DNA of 64,000 bases from Gammaproteobacteria bacterium (GTDB lineage: Bacteria; Pseudomonadota; Gammaproteobacteria; Pseudomonadales; Porticoccaceae). Every line of letters begins with the position of its first letter. Position 1 is the first letter of the stretch. Shown here piece after piece: positions 47,715 through 57,659 of the stretch. A model generated the notes under the pieces. That model was given only the letters and a program-made list of their open reading frames with translations, was not told the origin of the DNA and searched no databases. The stretch is taken from positions 30,621 through 94,620 of the forward strand of contig JAYODD010000006.1 in NCBI GenBank assembly GCA_038106145.1, written 5' to 3'. A program made the position numbers and the translations under genes.

Positions 47715-48647
47715 TTAGCGCAGTTCCCTGGGAATGGAAAAGCGAATATTTTCGGTTTTCCCTGGTACTTCGACGGGCTTTTCCGCACCCAATTTACCCA
47801 GTTGTGCGACCACATCAGCCACCAGTTTTTCCGGTGCGGAAGCGCCCGCAGTCACACCGATCGTCCGCCGACCCCGCAACCAGCCGGGATCAATCTCGGC
47901 GGGCGTGTCAATCAGGTAGGCACTCGCACCGCAACGCTCGGCCAGTTCCCGCAGGCGGTTCGAATTAGAGCTGTTGGGAGAGCCCACCACCAGCACCAGG
48001 TCACATTCCAGGGCAAGCTGTTTAACCGCATCCTGTCGGTTCTGGGTGGCATAGCAGATATCGTCCATGCGCGGACCAGCAATATTCGGGAAACGCTTGC
48101 GCAGGGATGCGATCACCCGCGCGGTGTCATCCATCGACAGGGTTGTCTGGGTGACGTAGGCGACGCGCTCGGGGTCGTTGACCGTCAGGCTGGCGACATC
48201 ACTGTCGTTTTCCACCAGGTAAATTCGTCCACCGTTACCGGTGTCGTACTGCCCCATGGTGCCCTCCACCTCGGGATGACCCTGGTGACCAATGAGGACA
48301 CATTCGCGACCTTCGCGACTGTAGCGAGCCACCTCCATATGCACCTTGGTCACCAGGGGGCAGGTGGCGTCAAATACCCGCAACTGTCGCTGCGCAGCTT
48401 CCTTCTGCACCGCCCTGGACACCCCGTGGGCGCTAAAGATAACGATCACTCCGTCGGGTACTTCCGCAAGCTCCTCCACAAAGACCGCGCCCCGCGCACG
48501 CAGACCGTCCACCACGAATTTGTTGTGCACCACTTCGTGGCGCACGTAGATGGGCGCGCCAAAAGTATCGAGAGCACGATTGACGATATCGATTGCGCGA
48601 TCCACACCGGCGCAAAAACCCCGCGGATTGGCCAAACGAATTTCCAT
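47715..48647 (-). CDS. ispH: 4-hydroxy-3-methylbut-2-enyl diphosphate reductase
   Basis: 310 aa. [25 protein letters not shown].. Confidence 0.96.
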   Translation of the reverse strand: MEIRLANPRGFCAGVDRAIDIVNRALDTFGAPIYVRHEVVHNKFVVDGLRARGAVFVEELAEVPDGVIVIFSAHGVSRAVQKEAAQRQLRVFDATCPLVTKVHMEVARYSREGRECVLIGHQGHPEVEGTMGQYDTGNGGRIYLVENDSDVASLTVNDPERVAYVTQTTLSMDDTARVIASLRKRFPNIAGPRMDDICYATQNRQDAVKQLALECDLVLVVGSPNSSNSNRLRELAERCGASAYLIDTPAEIDPGWLRGRRTIGVTAGASAPEKLVADVVAQLGKLGAEKPVEVPGKTENIRFSIPRELR

Positions 48648-48678
48648 GCGTTTACCTGTATCCCAGTTACTCTATCGC

Positions 48679-49110
48679 CTACTCTATCGCAAGCACATGC
48701 ACCTTGAATTCCAGGGTGTGCCCAGCCAGCGGGTGATTAAAATCCACCGCGATATTGTCGCCATCAATCGCGGTAATGGTGCCGGGTAGTTCTGCACCGG
48801 CGGCATCGGCAAACATCACTACCAGGCCCTCACTCAACGCCATATCTGAGGCAAAATGGTGACGTTGCAGGGTGGTTGTATTGGCTGGATTGGGCAAGCC
48901 GAAACCGCGCTCCGGCGCCACAAAAAACGTTGCGGCCGCACCCACCCCGAGCCCTGTCAGCAGCGCTTCAAAACCCGGCAGCAGGTTACCATCGCCCATG
49001 GTGAAAGCCGCCGGTGTGCCACCAAAATTGCTGTCGACCACCCTGCCATCTTCCAGGGCCAGAGAAAAATGCAGGGTAACTCGTGAGTCTGGGCCAATAG
49101 TTGCGCTCAT
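48679..49110 (-). CDS. fkpB: FKBP-type peptidyl-prolyl cis-trans isomerase (FkpB/SlpA-like)
   Basis: 143 aa. ..VTLHFSLALEDGRVVDSNF..DFNHPLAGHTLEF... It sits in the ileS-lspA-fkpB-ispH context. Confidence 0.88.
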   Translation of the reverse strand: MSATIGPDSRVTLHFSLALEDGRVVDSNFGGTPAAFTMGDGNLLPGFEALLTGLGVGAAATFFVAPERGFGLPNPANTTTLQRHHFASDMALSEGLVVMFADAAGAELPGTITAIDGDNIAVDFNHPLAGHTLEFKVHVLAIE

Positions 49111-49622
49111 TCACCATCTCTTTCGCGCCGACAGGGTGCATTCTCCATCCGTTTCCTGTCGCCTAACAACGAATTTATGATCAGCACGGCCGCACCCAGG
49201 GTAATTCCGCTGTCCGCCACGTTAAACGCTGGCCAGTAATAGTTATGGTAGTGCAACTGCACAAAATCCACCACGTAACCGAGCGTGACCCGGTCCCACA
49301 AATTGCCCAGCGCGCCGCCCAGCACCAGACTCAAGCCGAAGCTCTGCCACGCGTCCCGGTGCGCCAGACGATACAGCCACAGCATAATAAAAACCCCAAC
49401 CCCCGCGGCGATCACCGCGAAAAACCAGCGCTGCCAACCGCCCGCCTCACTTAAAAAACTGAAGGCGGCGCCGGTATTGTGCAGCAAGGTAAAATTAAAA
49501 AAGCTGGTTACCACGACCGGCTCGCCGTAGCGCAGCGAGCTGGAAGCCATATTTTTAGTAAGCAGATCGAGGGCCAGCACCAGTGCGGCGAGACCATACC
49601 AACGCCAGACATGGAAATTCAC
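49107..49622 (-). CDS. lspA: lipoprotein signal peptidase (signal peptidase II)
   Basis: 171 aa with four TM segments. ..NTGAAFSFL..WPAFNVADS... Confidence 0.94.
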   Translation of the reverse strand: MNFHVWRWYGLAALVLALDLLTKNMASSSLRYGEPVVVTSFFNFTLLHNTGAAFSFLSEAGGWQRWFFAVIAAGVGVFIMLWLYRLAHRDAWQSFGLSLVLGGALGNLWDRVTLGYVVDFVQLHYHNYYWPAFNVADSGITLGAAVLIINSLLGDRKRMENAPCRRERDGE

Positions 49623-49637
49623 AGGGTCCGCCTGCCG

Positions 49638-52454
49638 TCACGCATAGCGCCGCACCTCTCCCGCGCCAGTCACATTATCGACACAGCGATGACACAGCCC
49701 GGGATGTTCCACGTGCCTGCCCACATCGCTGCGATGATGCCAGCAACGTACGCACTTAGGTTCGTGGGACTTGCTAACGGCTACTTTCAGCCCGGCCAGC
49801 AGGGTCTCTTGCGCAGCCTCACCCGCATCCTCCAGCGGGACGATGGCCACCGTGGACGTAATCAACACAAAACGTAGTTCGTCGCGCAATTGGGAGAGCA
49901 CGTCGCGCAACGGCCCATCCGCGTACAACGTCACCTCAGCTTCGAGGGAACCGCCCAGTAAACCGCGGCCGCGCTGCACTTCGATCTGCTTGTTGACCGC
50001 CTCCTTTACCGCCCCCAGAACCCGCCAGTCCGCGCGGCTAATCTCGTCCAGCTCCGCCACGGACGGCAGCGGGTACCATTCCGCGACAAATACCGATTCC
50101 TCCCGCGGGCCGGGAATGCAGGCCCAGATTTCCTCTGCAGTAAAACTCAGGATGGGCGCGATCCAGCGCACCAGTGCTTCGCTGATATGATACAGCGCGG
50201 TCTGCGCGGACCGCCGCGCCACGCTGTCGGCCTGGCAGGTGTATTGCCGATCCTTAATAATATCGAGATAAAACGCACCCAAATCATTGCCGCAAAACTG
50301 GTGCAATTTTTGATAAATACTGTGGAACTGGTAGTGTTCGTAGGCACGCTCGATTTCACTCTGCACCAGCGCCGCGCGATCCACGGCCCAGCGATCCAGC
50401 GACAACATATCCGCTGGCGCCACGCAGTGCTCACGGGGATCAAACCCTTCGAGATTGGATAATAAAAAACGCACCGTGTTGCGAATACGGCGATAGGAGT
50501 CAGCGGTGCGCCGTAAAATTTCGTCGGACACCGTCATCTCGCCACTAAAATCCGCCGCAGCCACCCATAGCCGCAACACATCGGCCCCCAGCTCGTTAAT
50601 TACTTTCTGGGGCGCAACCACGTTGCCGACCGATTTCGACATTTTGCGCCCCTGTGCATCCACGGTAAAACCGTGGGTCAGCACCGCTTTGTAGGGCGCG
50701 TTGCCGTTTATGGCAACCGCCGTTTTCAGCGATGACTGGAACCAGCCGCGATGCTGGTCGGAACCCTCCAGGTAGAGATCAGCCGGGTAATGCAACCCCT
50801 CCCGCACCCGCAGCACCGCCTCGTGACTGACGCCGGAATCAAACCAGACATCCAGGGTGTCCGTGACTTTCTGGTAATCCTCACTGTCGGCACCCAGCAA
50901 TTCCGCCGGGTCGAGGTCGTACCAGGCGTCGATCCCCCCCTGCTCCACCCGGGCGGCAACCGCCTCCACCAGACTGGAGGTATCCGGATGTAGCGCGCCG
51001 CTTTGACGGTGCACGAACAACGCAATCGGCACCCCCCAGGTACGCTGGCGGGAGATACACCAGTCCGGGCTATTGTCCAACATGCTGGCCATGCGCGCTC
51101 GACCCCAGTCGGGATGCCAGGCTACCTGCGCGATCTCGCTGCGCGCCCTGTCCAGCAAACCATTCGCGTCCATACTTACGAACCATTGCGGGGTAGCGCG
51201 AAAAATCAAGGGTGTTTTGGTGCGCCAGCAGTGGGGATAGCTGTGGGTAATTTTGCTGTCCGCCAGCAGCCGCCCACGTTCGCGCAACAGCTCCACGATT
51301 TTTTCGTCGACCTTATAGACATGTTCCCCCGCAAACAACGCCACGTCATCCCGAAACACACCGTCGTCGCCGATATAATTGAGTGTGGGAATGCCGTATT
51401 TTGCAGCCACGACAAAATCGTCCGCACCGTGATCCGGCGCGGTGTGTACGGCACCGGTGCCCCCCTCTGTGGTCACATGCTCGCCGAGGATGATCGGCAC
51501 CTGACTTGTATAAAATGGGTGCTGAAGCAGAATATTTTCCAGCGCCGCGCCACGACAACGTCCAACGATACGGTGCTCCGCCGCGCCCCAACGGGCCAAC
51601 GAAGCAGCCAGTAATTCCTCGGCAAGCAACAACCGTTGAGGATTGCCATCCCTCTCTATCTGCACCACCACGTAATCGAGGTCCGGGTGTACCGCCACCG
51701 CCTGGTTAGAGGGCAGTGTCCAGGGCGTGGTCGTCCAGATAGCGATGGCCAGTTCGCCTTCTCCACCCAGCTCCGGGATCACCCCGCCGAGCGCCGTCGC
51801 GTCGACCACGGGAAAGCTGACATCTACGGAAAAAGATGTTTTATCCTGATATTCGACTTCCGCCTCCGCAAGCGCCGACCCGCCCACCACGCTCCAGTAC
51901 ACCGGCTTGTAACCCTTGACAAGGTGGCCATTGGCGGCAATTTTGCCGAGGGCGCGAATAATGTCCGCTTCGTATTTGAAATCGAGACTCAAGTACGGGT
52001 TATCCCAGTCTCCAATAACCCCGAGGCGAATAAAATCCTGTTTTTGCCCCGCCACCTGCCGCAGGGCATATTCGCGACATTTTTGCCGAAAAGTGCGCTG
52101 GTCGACCTTGACTCCGGCTTTACCAATTTTCTTTTCTACCTGATGTTCAATGGGTAGACCGTGGCAATCCCACCCGGGCACATAGGGTGCGTCGTAGCCA
52201 GCCAGAATGCGGGACTTGACGATAATATCCTTCAGAATTTTGTTGACCGCGTGACCGATATGAATATCCCCATTCGCGTAGGGCGGGCCGTCGTGCAGCA
52301 CAAACGATTTGCGCCCGGCCCGGGCGTGGCGAATCTTCTGATAGAGATTCTGTGTCTGCCATTGCTTGACGATACCCGGCTCCCGCTGGGCCAGGTTGGC
52401 CTTCATCGGAAACTGGGTGTGGGGCAGATTCAAAGTGTGCTTGTAATCGGTCAT
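49638..52454 (-). CDS. ileS: isoleucine--tRNA ligase
   Basis: 938 aa with the HIGH motif ([11 protein letters not shown]), KMSKS and a C-terminal Zn-binding Cys cluster (CVRCWHH..CHRC). Confidence 0.97.
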   Translation of the reverse strand: MTDYKHTLNLPHTQFPMKANLAQREPGIVKQWQTQNLYQKIRHARAGRKSFVLHDGPPYANGDIHIGHAVNKILKDIIVKSRILAGYDAPYVPGWDCHGLPIEHQVEKKIGKAGVKVDQRTFRQKCREYALRQVAGQKQDFIRLGVIGDWDNPYLSLDFKYEADIIRALGKIAANGHLVKGYKPVYWSVVGGSALAEAEVEYQDKTSFSVDVSFPVVDATALGGVIPELGGEGELAIAIWTTTPWTLPSNQAVAVHPDLDYVVVQIERDGNPQRLLLAEELLAASLARWGAAEHRIVGRCRGAALENILLQHPFYTSQVPIILGEHVTTEGGTGAVHTAPDHGADDFVVAAKYGIPTLNYIGDDGVFRDDVALFAGEHVYKVDEKIVELLRERGRLLADSKITHSYPHCWRTKTPLIFRATPQWFVSMDANGLLDRARSEIAQVAWHPDWGRARMASMLDNSPDWCISRQRTWGVPIALFVHRQSGALHPDTSSLVEAVAARVEQGGIDAWYDLDPAELLGADSEDYQKVTDTLDVWFDSGVSHEAVLRVREGLHYPADLYLEGSDQHRGWFQSSLKTAVAINGNAPYKAVLTHGFTVDAQGRKMSKSVGNVVAPQKVINELGADVLRLWVAAADFSGEMTVSDEILRRTADSYRRIRNTVRFLLSNLEGFDPREHCVAPADMLSLDRWAVDRAALVQSEIERAYEHYQFHSIYQKLHQFCGNDLGAFYLDIIKDRQYTCQADSVARRSAQTALYHISEALVRWIAPILSFTAEEIWACIPGPREESVFVAEWYPLPSVAELDEISRADWRVLGAVKEAVNKQIEVQRGRGLLGGSLEAEVTLYADGPLRDVLSQLRDELRFVLITSTVAIVPLEDAGEAAQETLLAGLKVAVSKSHEPKCVRCWHHRSDVGRHVEHPGLCHRCVDNVTGAGEVRRYA

Positions 52455-52499
52455 ATCTCGTTCGTCAGTTACTCATTACTAAATTCTTGCGCCCCAGGA

Positions 52500-53468
52500 T
52501 CAGGTGTTCTGTGTTAGCGCGGAAAAATAATCCCGGGCAATAGCAATATCGTCGTTAATTTTCAGCGCTAACTCATCCAGCGAAGCAAATTTTTGTTCCT
52601 CGCGTAATTTTTGCTTGAACTCTACCTCTATACGCGCTCCGTAAATATCGCCATCCCAGTCGAGAATATGCACCTCGAGAACTGGCTTCACCAAATCGCC
52701 GACGGTGGGACGCACCCCCACGTTGGCCACCCCCTGATGGCGCTTGCCAGCCACTATCGCCTCCACCGCAAACACCCCGGCCAGCGGTGCCCGGTAGCGG
52801 TGTAAGTTGACGTTAGCGGTGGGCACCCCCATTTGTCGACCCAGGCGTTGTCCGTAAACGACACGACCGGCGATGCGAAACGGATGTCCAAGCAGCCGCT
52901 CGGCCTCCGCAAACTCACCCGCTTGGAGACAGCGACGAATACGCGTGCTGCTGATGCGCTGGCCGCCCATTTCCACGGTCATAGTGTCGACCAGCTCGAA
53001 GCCGTAGCGCGCGCCCGCGTGGTGCAGCATGAAATAGTCACCCCGGCGATCGCAACCGAAGCGGAAATCGTCGCCAACCACCATGCAGCGCACGCCGACA
53101 CCATCCACCAGCAACTGGCGTATAAATTCCTGGGCCGACAGGCCACGCAGGGTGCGATTAAACTGGATACAAAATACCCGGTCGATACCAGCGGTGATAA
53201 TGGCCTCGACCTTTTCGCGCATACGCATCAAGCGCGCCGGGGCCTGCTCGCCGGAAAAATACTCCTGGGGCTGGGGTTCAAAAAACATCACCATGGACGG
53301 CAAACCGTAGTATGCCGCCCGTTCTTTCACCTGTTCAAGAATGGCACGGTGCCCAAGATGAATACCGTCAAACGAGCCGATAGTGGCGACGTTACCCTTG
53401 TGCTCCGGAAGAAGGTTCGCCAATCCCCTGATAAAAACATGTTCTCCGACCTTCACCGGCAGCGCCAC
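52500..53468 (-). CDS. ribF: bifunctional riboflavin kinase / FAD synthetase
   Basis: ..IRGLANLLPEHKGNVATIGSFDGIHLGHRAIL.. and a C-terminal kinase domain (..GVPTANV..). The longest ORF starts at GTG. The exact start is uncertain. Confidence 0.93.
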   Translation of the reverse strand: MALPVKVGEHVFIRGLANLLPEHKGNVATIGSFDGIHLGHRAILEQVKERAAYYGLPSMVMFFEPQPQEYFSGEQAPARLMRMREKVEAIITAGIDRVFCIQFNRTLRGLSAQEFIRQLLVDGVGVRCMVVGDDFRFGCDRRGDYFMLHHAGARYGFELVDTMTVEMGGQRISSTRIRRCLQAGEFAEAERLLGHPFRIAGRVVYGQRLGRQMGVPTANVNLHRYRAPLAGVFAVEAIVAGKRHQGVANVGVRPTVGDLVKPVLEVHILDWDGDIYGARIEVEFKQKLREEQKFASLDELALKINDDIAIARDYFSALTQNT

Positions 53469-53546
53469 CGCGTTCTTGGTATTTGTTCAGTGGCAAAGTA
53501 TAACGCAGGGTCACGGTTGAATGTAGGCATATTGTCCGCTCTGCGG

Positions 53547-55154
53547 TCACTTTGCCCGGGGCAAATTGCGTAGCTCCCTCACGCGCAAGCCCGCCGTGTA
53601 CAGTGCGCCTGCGTACATTAAAAAACCGCCGCCGCACAATACCAACAGCCACAGCACTCGCCCGCCGCCGGACAGAGATATCCAGTGCGGCAACGCGGAC
53701 ACCGACATCCACAATGCCAAAGCCATCACCCCATTGGCAAACACCAGTATCCTGAAGAATCGCCCCCAACCCGCGCAGGGTTGATACACCGCTTCCGCTC
53801 GTAAACCGCGGTACAACAGGGAAGCGTTGAGCACCGCGGCGATAGATGTCGCCAGTGCCAGTCCCGCATGCCCCACTTGCCAGTAGTGGTGCAACGGGAT
53901 GACCAGTGCAATGTTCAGCACCATGTTCACCAGCATGGCGATAATGCCGATGCGCACCGGCGTGCGCACATCCTGCCGCGCATAAAACCCCGGCGCCAAC
54001 ACCTTGATCAACATAAACGCCGTCACCCCGGCGGCATAGGCGCTCATGCTGTAGGAGGACATCGCGATGTCCCGCGCCGTTATTTCACTGCCGTCAAAAA
54101 ACAGCGTCACCAGAATCGGTTGCGCCAGAATTACCAGAGCGAGGGAGGCCGGTACCGCGATCAAAAGGATGAAACGCAACGCCCAGTCGAGGGTTGCGGC
54201 AAAATGTTCGGGCGATTGCGTCGCGTGCTGCCGGGAGAGATTCGGCAAAATCACCGTGGCTGCCGCCACCCCGAATACCCCCAGCGGTAGCTCAGCGAGG
54301 CGATCGGAATAATACAACCAGGATACGCTGCCGGTGGGCAAAAACGAGGCGATCACCGTGTCGAGCAACAAATTGATCTGGCTGACCGACACACCGAACA
54401 TCGCCGGCGCCATCAAGCGCAAAATCTTGCGCACACCCTCGTCGCGCCACGCTACTCTGGGCCGCGGCAGTAAATGTAGCTGCGCGAGAAAGGGCAACTG
54501 GAACAGGAGCTGCACAATACCAGCGGCAAACACCCCCCACGCCAATGCATAGACTGGTTCTCCGAACCAGGGGGTCGCGACCAGGGCGGCGCCAATCAAA
54601 CAGACATTGAGCCACACCGGAGTGAAGGCCGGAATGGCAAAGCGGTCAAAACTGTTGAGAATGGCGCCCGCAAAACCGGTCAGCGAAATAAACAGCAAAT
54701 ACGGGAACGTCACGCGAATCAGGGCACTGGTGGCGGCGAACTTGTCGCCATCGTCAATAAACCCCGGGGCGAAAATGGCCGTTAACACCGGTGCACCCAC
54801 CACCGCCAGCACAGTTAACGTTATCAGCGTTGATCCCAGCACCCCCGCCACGCGGTCGGCCAGATGTTTGACCGCCGCGTGCCCACCGCGCTCGCGCACC
54901 TCCGCCAATACGGGCACAAACGCCTGGGTAAACGCCCCCTCGGCAAACAGTCGTCTTAAGAAGTTGGGAATTTTAAATGCAACAAAAAAAGCATCGGCCA
55001 TAGCGTCGGCACCGATGACCCGGGCGAGCACCACATCCCGTACCAACCCCAGTACCCGCGACACCATGGTCATGGCGCCGACTAACGCGCTGGCGCCAAA
55101 CAACCCCCGCTTTACCCGTGGTTTTTGTTCTTGCTCGCCCTGTAGTTCCGCCAA
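53547..55154 (-). CDS. murJ: lipid II flippase MurJ
   Basis: Polytopic protein. ..[32 protein letters not shown]... The start is placed at the TTG at 55154 (GGAAG upstream) to give a MurJ-like length of about 535 aa. The ORF-track form extending to 55400 has an implausible N-terminus. Confidence 0.88.
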   Translation of the reverse strand: MAELQGEQEQKPRVKRGLFGASALVGAMTMVSRVLGLVRDVVLARVIGADAMADAFFVAFKIPNFLRRLFAEGAFTQAFVPVLAEVRERGGHAAVKHLADRVAGVLGSTLITLTVLAVVGAPVLTAIFAPGFIDDGDKFAATSALIRVTFPYLLFISLTGFAGAILNSFDRFAIPAFTPVWLNVCLIGAALVATPWFGEPVYALAWGVFAAGIVQLLFQLPFLAQLHLLPRPRVAWRDEGVRKILRLMAPAMFGVSVSQINLLLDTVIASFLPTGSVSWLYYSDRLAELPLGVFGVAAATVILPNLSRQHATQSPEHFAATLDWALRFILLIAVPASLALVILAQPILVTLFFDGSEITARDIAMSSYSMSAYAAGVTAFMLIKVLAPGFYARQDVRTPVRIGIIAMLVNMVLNIALVIPLHHYWQVGHAGLALATSIAAVLNASLLYRGLRAEAVYQPCAGWGRFFRILVFANGVMALALWMSVSALPHWISLSGGGRVLWLLVLCGGGFLMYAGALYTAGLRVRELRNLPRAK

Positions 55155-55284
55155 GGACCGTCTTCCCGAAAATTTCCCGCAGTGTAACCCTGTCCCGGGT
55201 TTCGGCCAACACAGACACCACTGTATTGAAATTTGCCCATGGCGCCCCCACCATGTACGAACACCCTCAGTTCGGAGCACCCTC

Positions 55285-55833
55285 TTGGAACAATACCGCG
55301 GCACCACCGTTATCTCCGTCCGCCGGCACGGCAGCGTCGTTATCGGCGCGGATGGCCAGGTCACCCTCGGCAATACCATTATGAAAGGCAATGCGCGCAA
55401 GGTTCGGCGGCTCTATCACGATCAGGTCATCGCCGGCTTCGCTGGCGGCACCGCGGACGCGTTCACGTTGTTCGAACGCTTTGAGGCAAAACTGCAGGAG
55501 CACCGCGGCAACCTGGTGCGCGCGGCGGTGGAACTGGCCAAAGATTGGCGTACCGATCGTATTTTACGGCGCCTGGAAGCCCTGCTGGCGGTGGCAGACA
55601 AGGATGCGTCGTTAATCATTTCCGGCAACGGCGATGTCATTCAACCGGAGGACGATCTGATCGCCATCGGCTCCGGCGGCCCGTTCGCCCAGTCAGCCGC
55701 GCGCGCGCTACTGCAAAATACCGAGCTTGGCGCCCGTGACATCGTGGAGAAAAGCCTGCGCATCGCGGCCGATATCTGTATCTATACCAACCACAATCTG
55801 TCCATCGAGGCGCTCGACTGTCCGCAATCCTGA
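55285..55833 (+). CDS. hslV: ATP-dependent protease subunit HslV
   Basis: The TTG at 55285 (GGAG SD 7 nt upstream) gives (M)[43 protein letters not shown]... There is no in-frame start codon closer to the catalytic Thr. Confidence 0.92.
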   Translation: MEQYRGTTVISVRRHGSVVIGADGQVTLGNTIMKGNARKVRRLYHDQVIAGFAGGTADAFTLFERFEAKLQEHRGNLVRAAVELAKDWRTDRILRRLEALLAVADKDASLIISGNGDVIQPEDDLIAIGSGGPFAQSAARALLQNTELGARDIVEKSLRIAADICIYTNHNLSIEALDCPQS

Positions 55834-55888
55834 GCAGTCGCACGCAGTCGTCAACCGTTATTTATTCTCCGACCCACGAGAGTTTTAT

Positions 55889-57211
55889 ATGTCCAGCATG
55901 ACCCCCCGAGAAATCGTTCACGAACTGGATCGGCATATCGTCGGCCAGGATAACGCCAAACGTGCGGTTGCCATTGCCCTGCGCAATCGCTGGCGGCGAA
56001 TGCAACTGCCGGAGGAATTGCGCGACGAAATCACACCCAAAAATATTTTAATGATCGGTCCAACGGGGGTCGGCAAGACCGAAATCGCCCGCCGTTTGGC
56101 GCGTCTGGCGAATGCTCCCTTTATCAAGGTGGAGGCCACCAAGTTTACCGAGGTGGGTTACGTGGGGCGCGACGTGGAATCCATCGTGCGGGATCTCGCG
56201 GAAACCGCCGTCAAACAACTGCGCGAACAGGAAATGGACAAAGTTCGGCAGCGCGCCCAGGATGCCGCCGAGGAACGTATACTGGACGCGCTGCTGACCC
56301 CGGCGCGGGGCGAGACCGAAAGCGGGGTCAATAGCACCCGGCAATTGTTTCGCAAAAAATTGCGCGAAGGCGAGCTCGACGACCGGGAAATCGAAATTTC
56401 AGTGAAGGCCGCGCCCGTGGGGGTGGAAATCATGGCGCCGCCCGGCATGGAGGAAATGACCAGTCAGTTGCAAAGCATGTTTTCCAGTATGGGCGGAGGC
56501 CGCGCCAAACAGCGGAAATTACCGGTGGCCGAAGCCCTGCGTCTGGTGACCGACGAGGAAGCCGCCAAACTGGTTAATGAAGACGAGTTGAAAATACGCG
56601 CTCTCGACAATGCGGAACAAAATGGCATTGTGTTTATCGACGAGCTGGACAAAGTAGCCAAGCGCGGCGAAACCTCCGGGTCCGACGTATCCCGCGAGGG
56701 CGTACAGCGGGACCTGTTACCCCTGATCGAAGGTTGCACCATTTCTACCAAATACGGCATGATTAAAACCGATCACATTTTGTTTATCGCATCGGGCGCG
56801 TTCCATTTTTCCAAACCTTCGGACCTGATTCCCGAGCTTCAGGGAAGACTGCCCATTCGCGTGGAGCTGGACTCCCTGAGCGCCGCTGATTTCGAGCGTA
56901 TACTGACGGAACCCCGCGCGTCACTGACCGAGCAATACCGGGAATTACTGGGCGTCGAAGGTGTGCAACTCACTTTTACCGCGGACGGCGTGCAACGCAT
57001 TGCACAAATATCCTGGGAAGTGAACGAACGCACGGAAAATATCGGCGCCCGCCGCCTGCATACGGTGCTGGAACGCCTGCTGGAAAAAGTGTCCTTCGAA
57101 GCGGCGGACATCGCTCCCCGGAGCAGCAAGATTACCATTGACGGGGCATTCGTCGATCAACATCTGGACGAACTGGCGCGCAACGACGATCTATCGCGTT
57201 TTATCCTGTAG
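55889..57211 (+). CDS. hslU: ATP-dependent protease ATPase subunit HslU
   Basis: The ATG at 55889 gives [52 protein letters not shown]... Confidence 0.96.
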   Translation: MSSMTPREIVHELDRHIVGQDNAKRAVAIALRNRWRRMQLPEELRDEITPKNILMIGPTGVGKTEIARRLARLANAPFIKVEATKFTEVGYVGRDVESIVRDLAETAVKQLREQEMDKVRQRAQDAAEERILDALLTPARGETESGVNSTRQLFRKKLREGELDDREIEISVKAAPVGVEIMAPPGMEEMTSQLQSMFSSMGGGRAKQRKLPVAEALRLVTDEEAAKLVNEDELKIRALDNAEQNGIVFIDELDKVAKRGETSGSDVSREGVQRDLLPLIEGCTISTKYGMIKTDHILFIASGAFHFSKPSDLIPELQGRLPIRVELDSLSAADFERILTEPRASLTEQYRELLGVEGVQLTFTADGVQRIAQISWEVNERTENIGARRLHTVLERLLEKVSFEAADIAPRSSKITIDGAFVDQHLDELARNDDLSRFIL

Positions 57212-57233
57212 AACTGGAAGCTACCCTACGTTT

Positions 57234-57614
57234 ATGCATCCGAGCAAGGTAAAACTGAATAAACCGGACCGCAGCCTCGAGCTGACTTACCCCGACGGCG
57301 CGCATTTTGTTCTCAGCGCGGAGTTTCTGCGGGTGCATTCCCCCAGCGCCGAAGTGCAGGGGCACGGCCCGGGCCAGGAAATTCTGCAACACGGCAAAAA
57401 ACAGGTCGCTATCGACCGTCTGGAAGCGTCGGGCAACTACGCCCTGACCCTGCATTTTAGCGACGGCCACCACACCGGAATTTACAGCTGGGTCTATCTG
57501 CGCGATCTGTGCGACAACCAGGAAGCCTACTGGAACGCCTACCTGGAAAGACTCCATCGCGCCGGCGCGAGCCGCGATCCGGAGGAGCAGGTGGTGCGAT
57601 TTATCAATCCATAA
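57234..57614 (+). CDS. DUF971 domain protein (gamma-butyrobetaine hydroxylase-like N-terminal fold)
   Basis: The ATG at 57234 gives ..LELTYPDGAHFVLSAEFLRVHSPSAEV..GNYALTLHFSDGHHTGIYSWVYL... It lies downstream of hslU, as in pseudomonads. Confidence 0.75.
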   Translation: MHPSKVKLNKPDRSLELTYPDGAHFVLSAEFLRVHSPSAEVQGHGPGQEILQHGKKQVAIDRLEASGNYALTLHFSDGHHTGIYSWVYLRDLCDNQEAYWNAYLERLHRAGASRDPEEQVVRFINP

Positions 57615-57659
57615 TTGGTAGCGCCAGTCCCGGCACCGACAATTCGCCCCGCAAGCGGA

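Noticed and set aside
47652-48707. 351-aa plus-strand ORF
   Set aside because: It lies entirely antisense to the clearly recognisable ispH gene. The translation is Arg/His/Gly-rich low-information sequence typical of the shadow frame of a GC-rich gene.
52833-53573. 246-aa plus-strand ORF
   Set aside because: It is antisense to ribF. It is a shadow ORF.
54607-55284. N-terminal 226 codons of the 408-aa plus-strand ORF that ends as HslV
   Set aside because: This part is antisense to murJ and has Ser/Thr/Ala/Pro-rich nonsense composition. HslV homology begins only at ..[12 protein letters not shown] therefore call hslV from the TTG at 55285.
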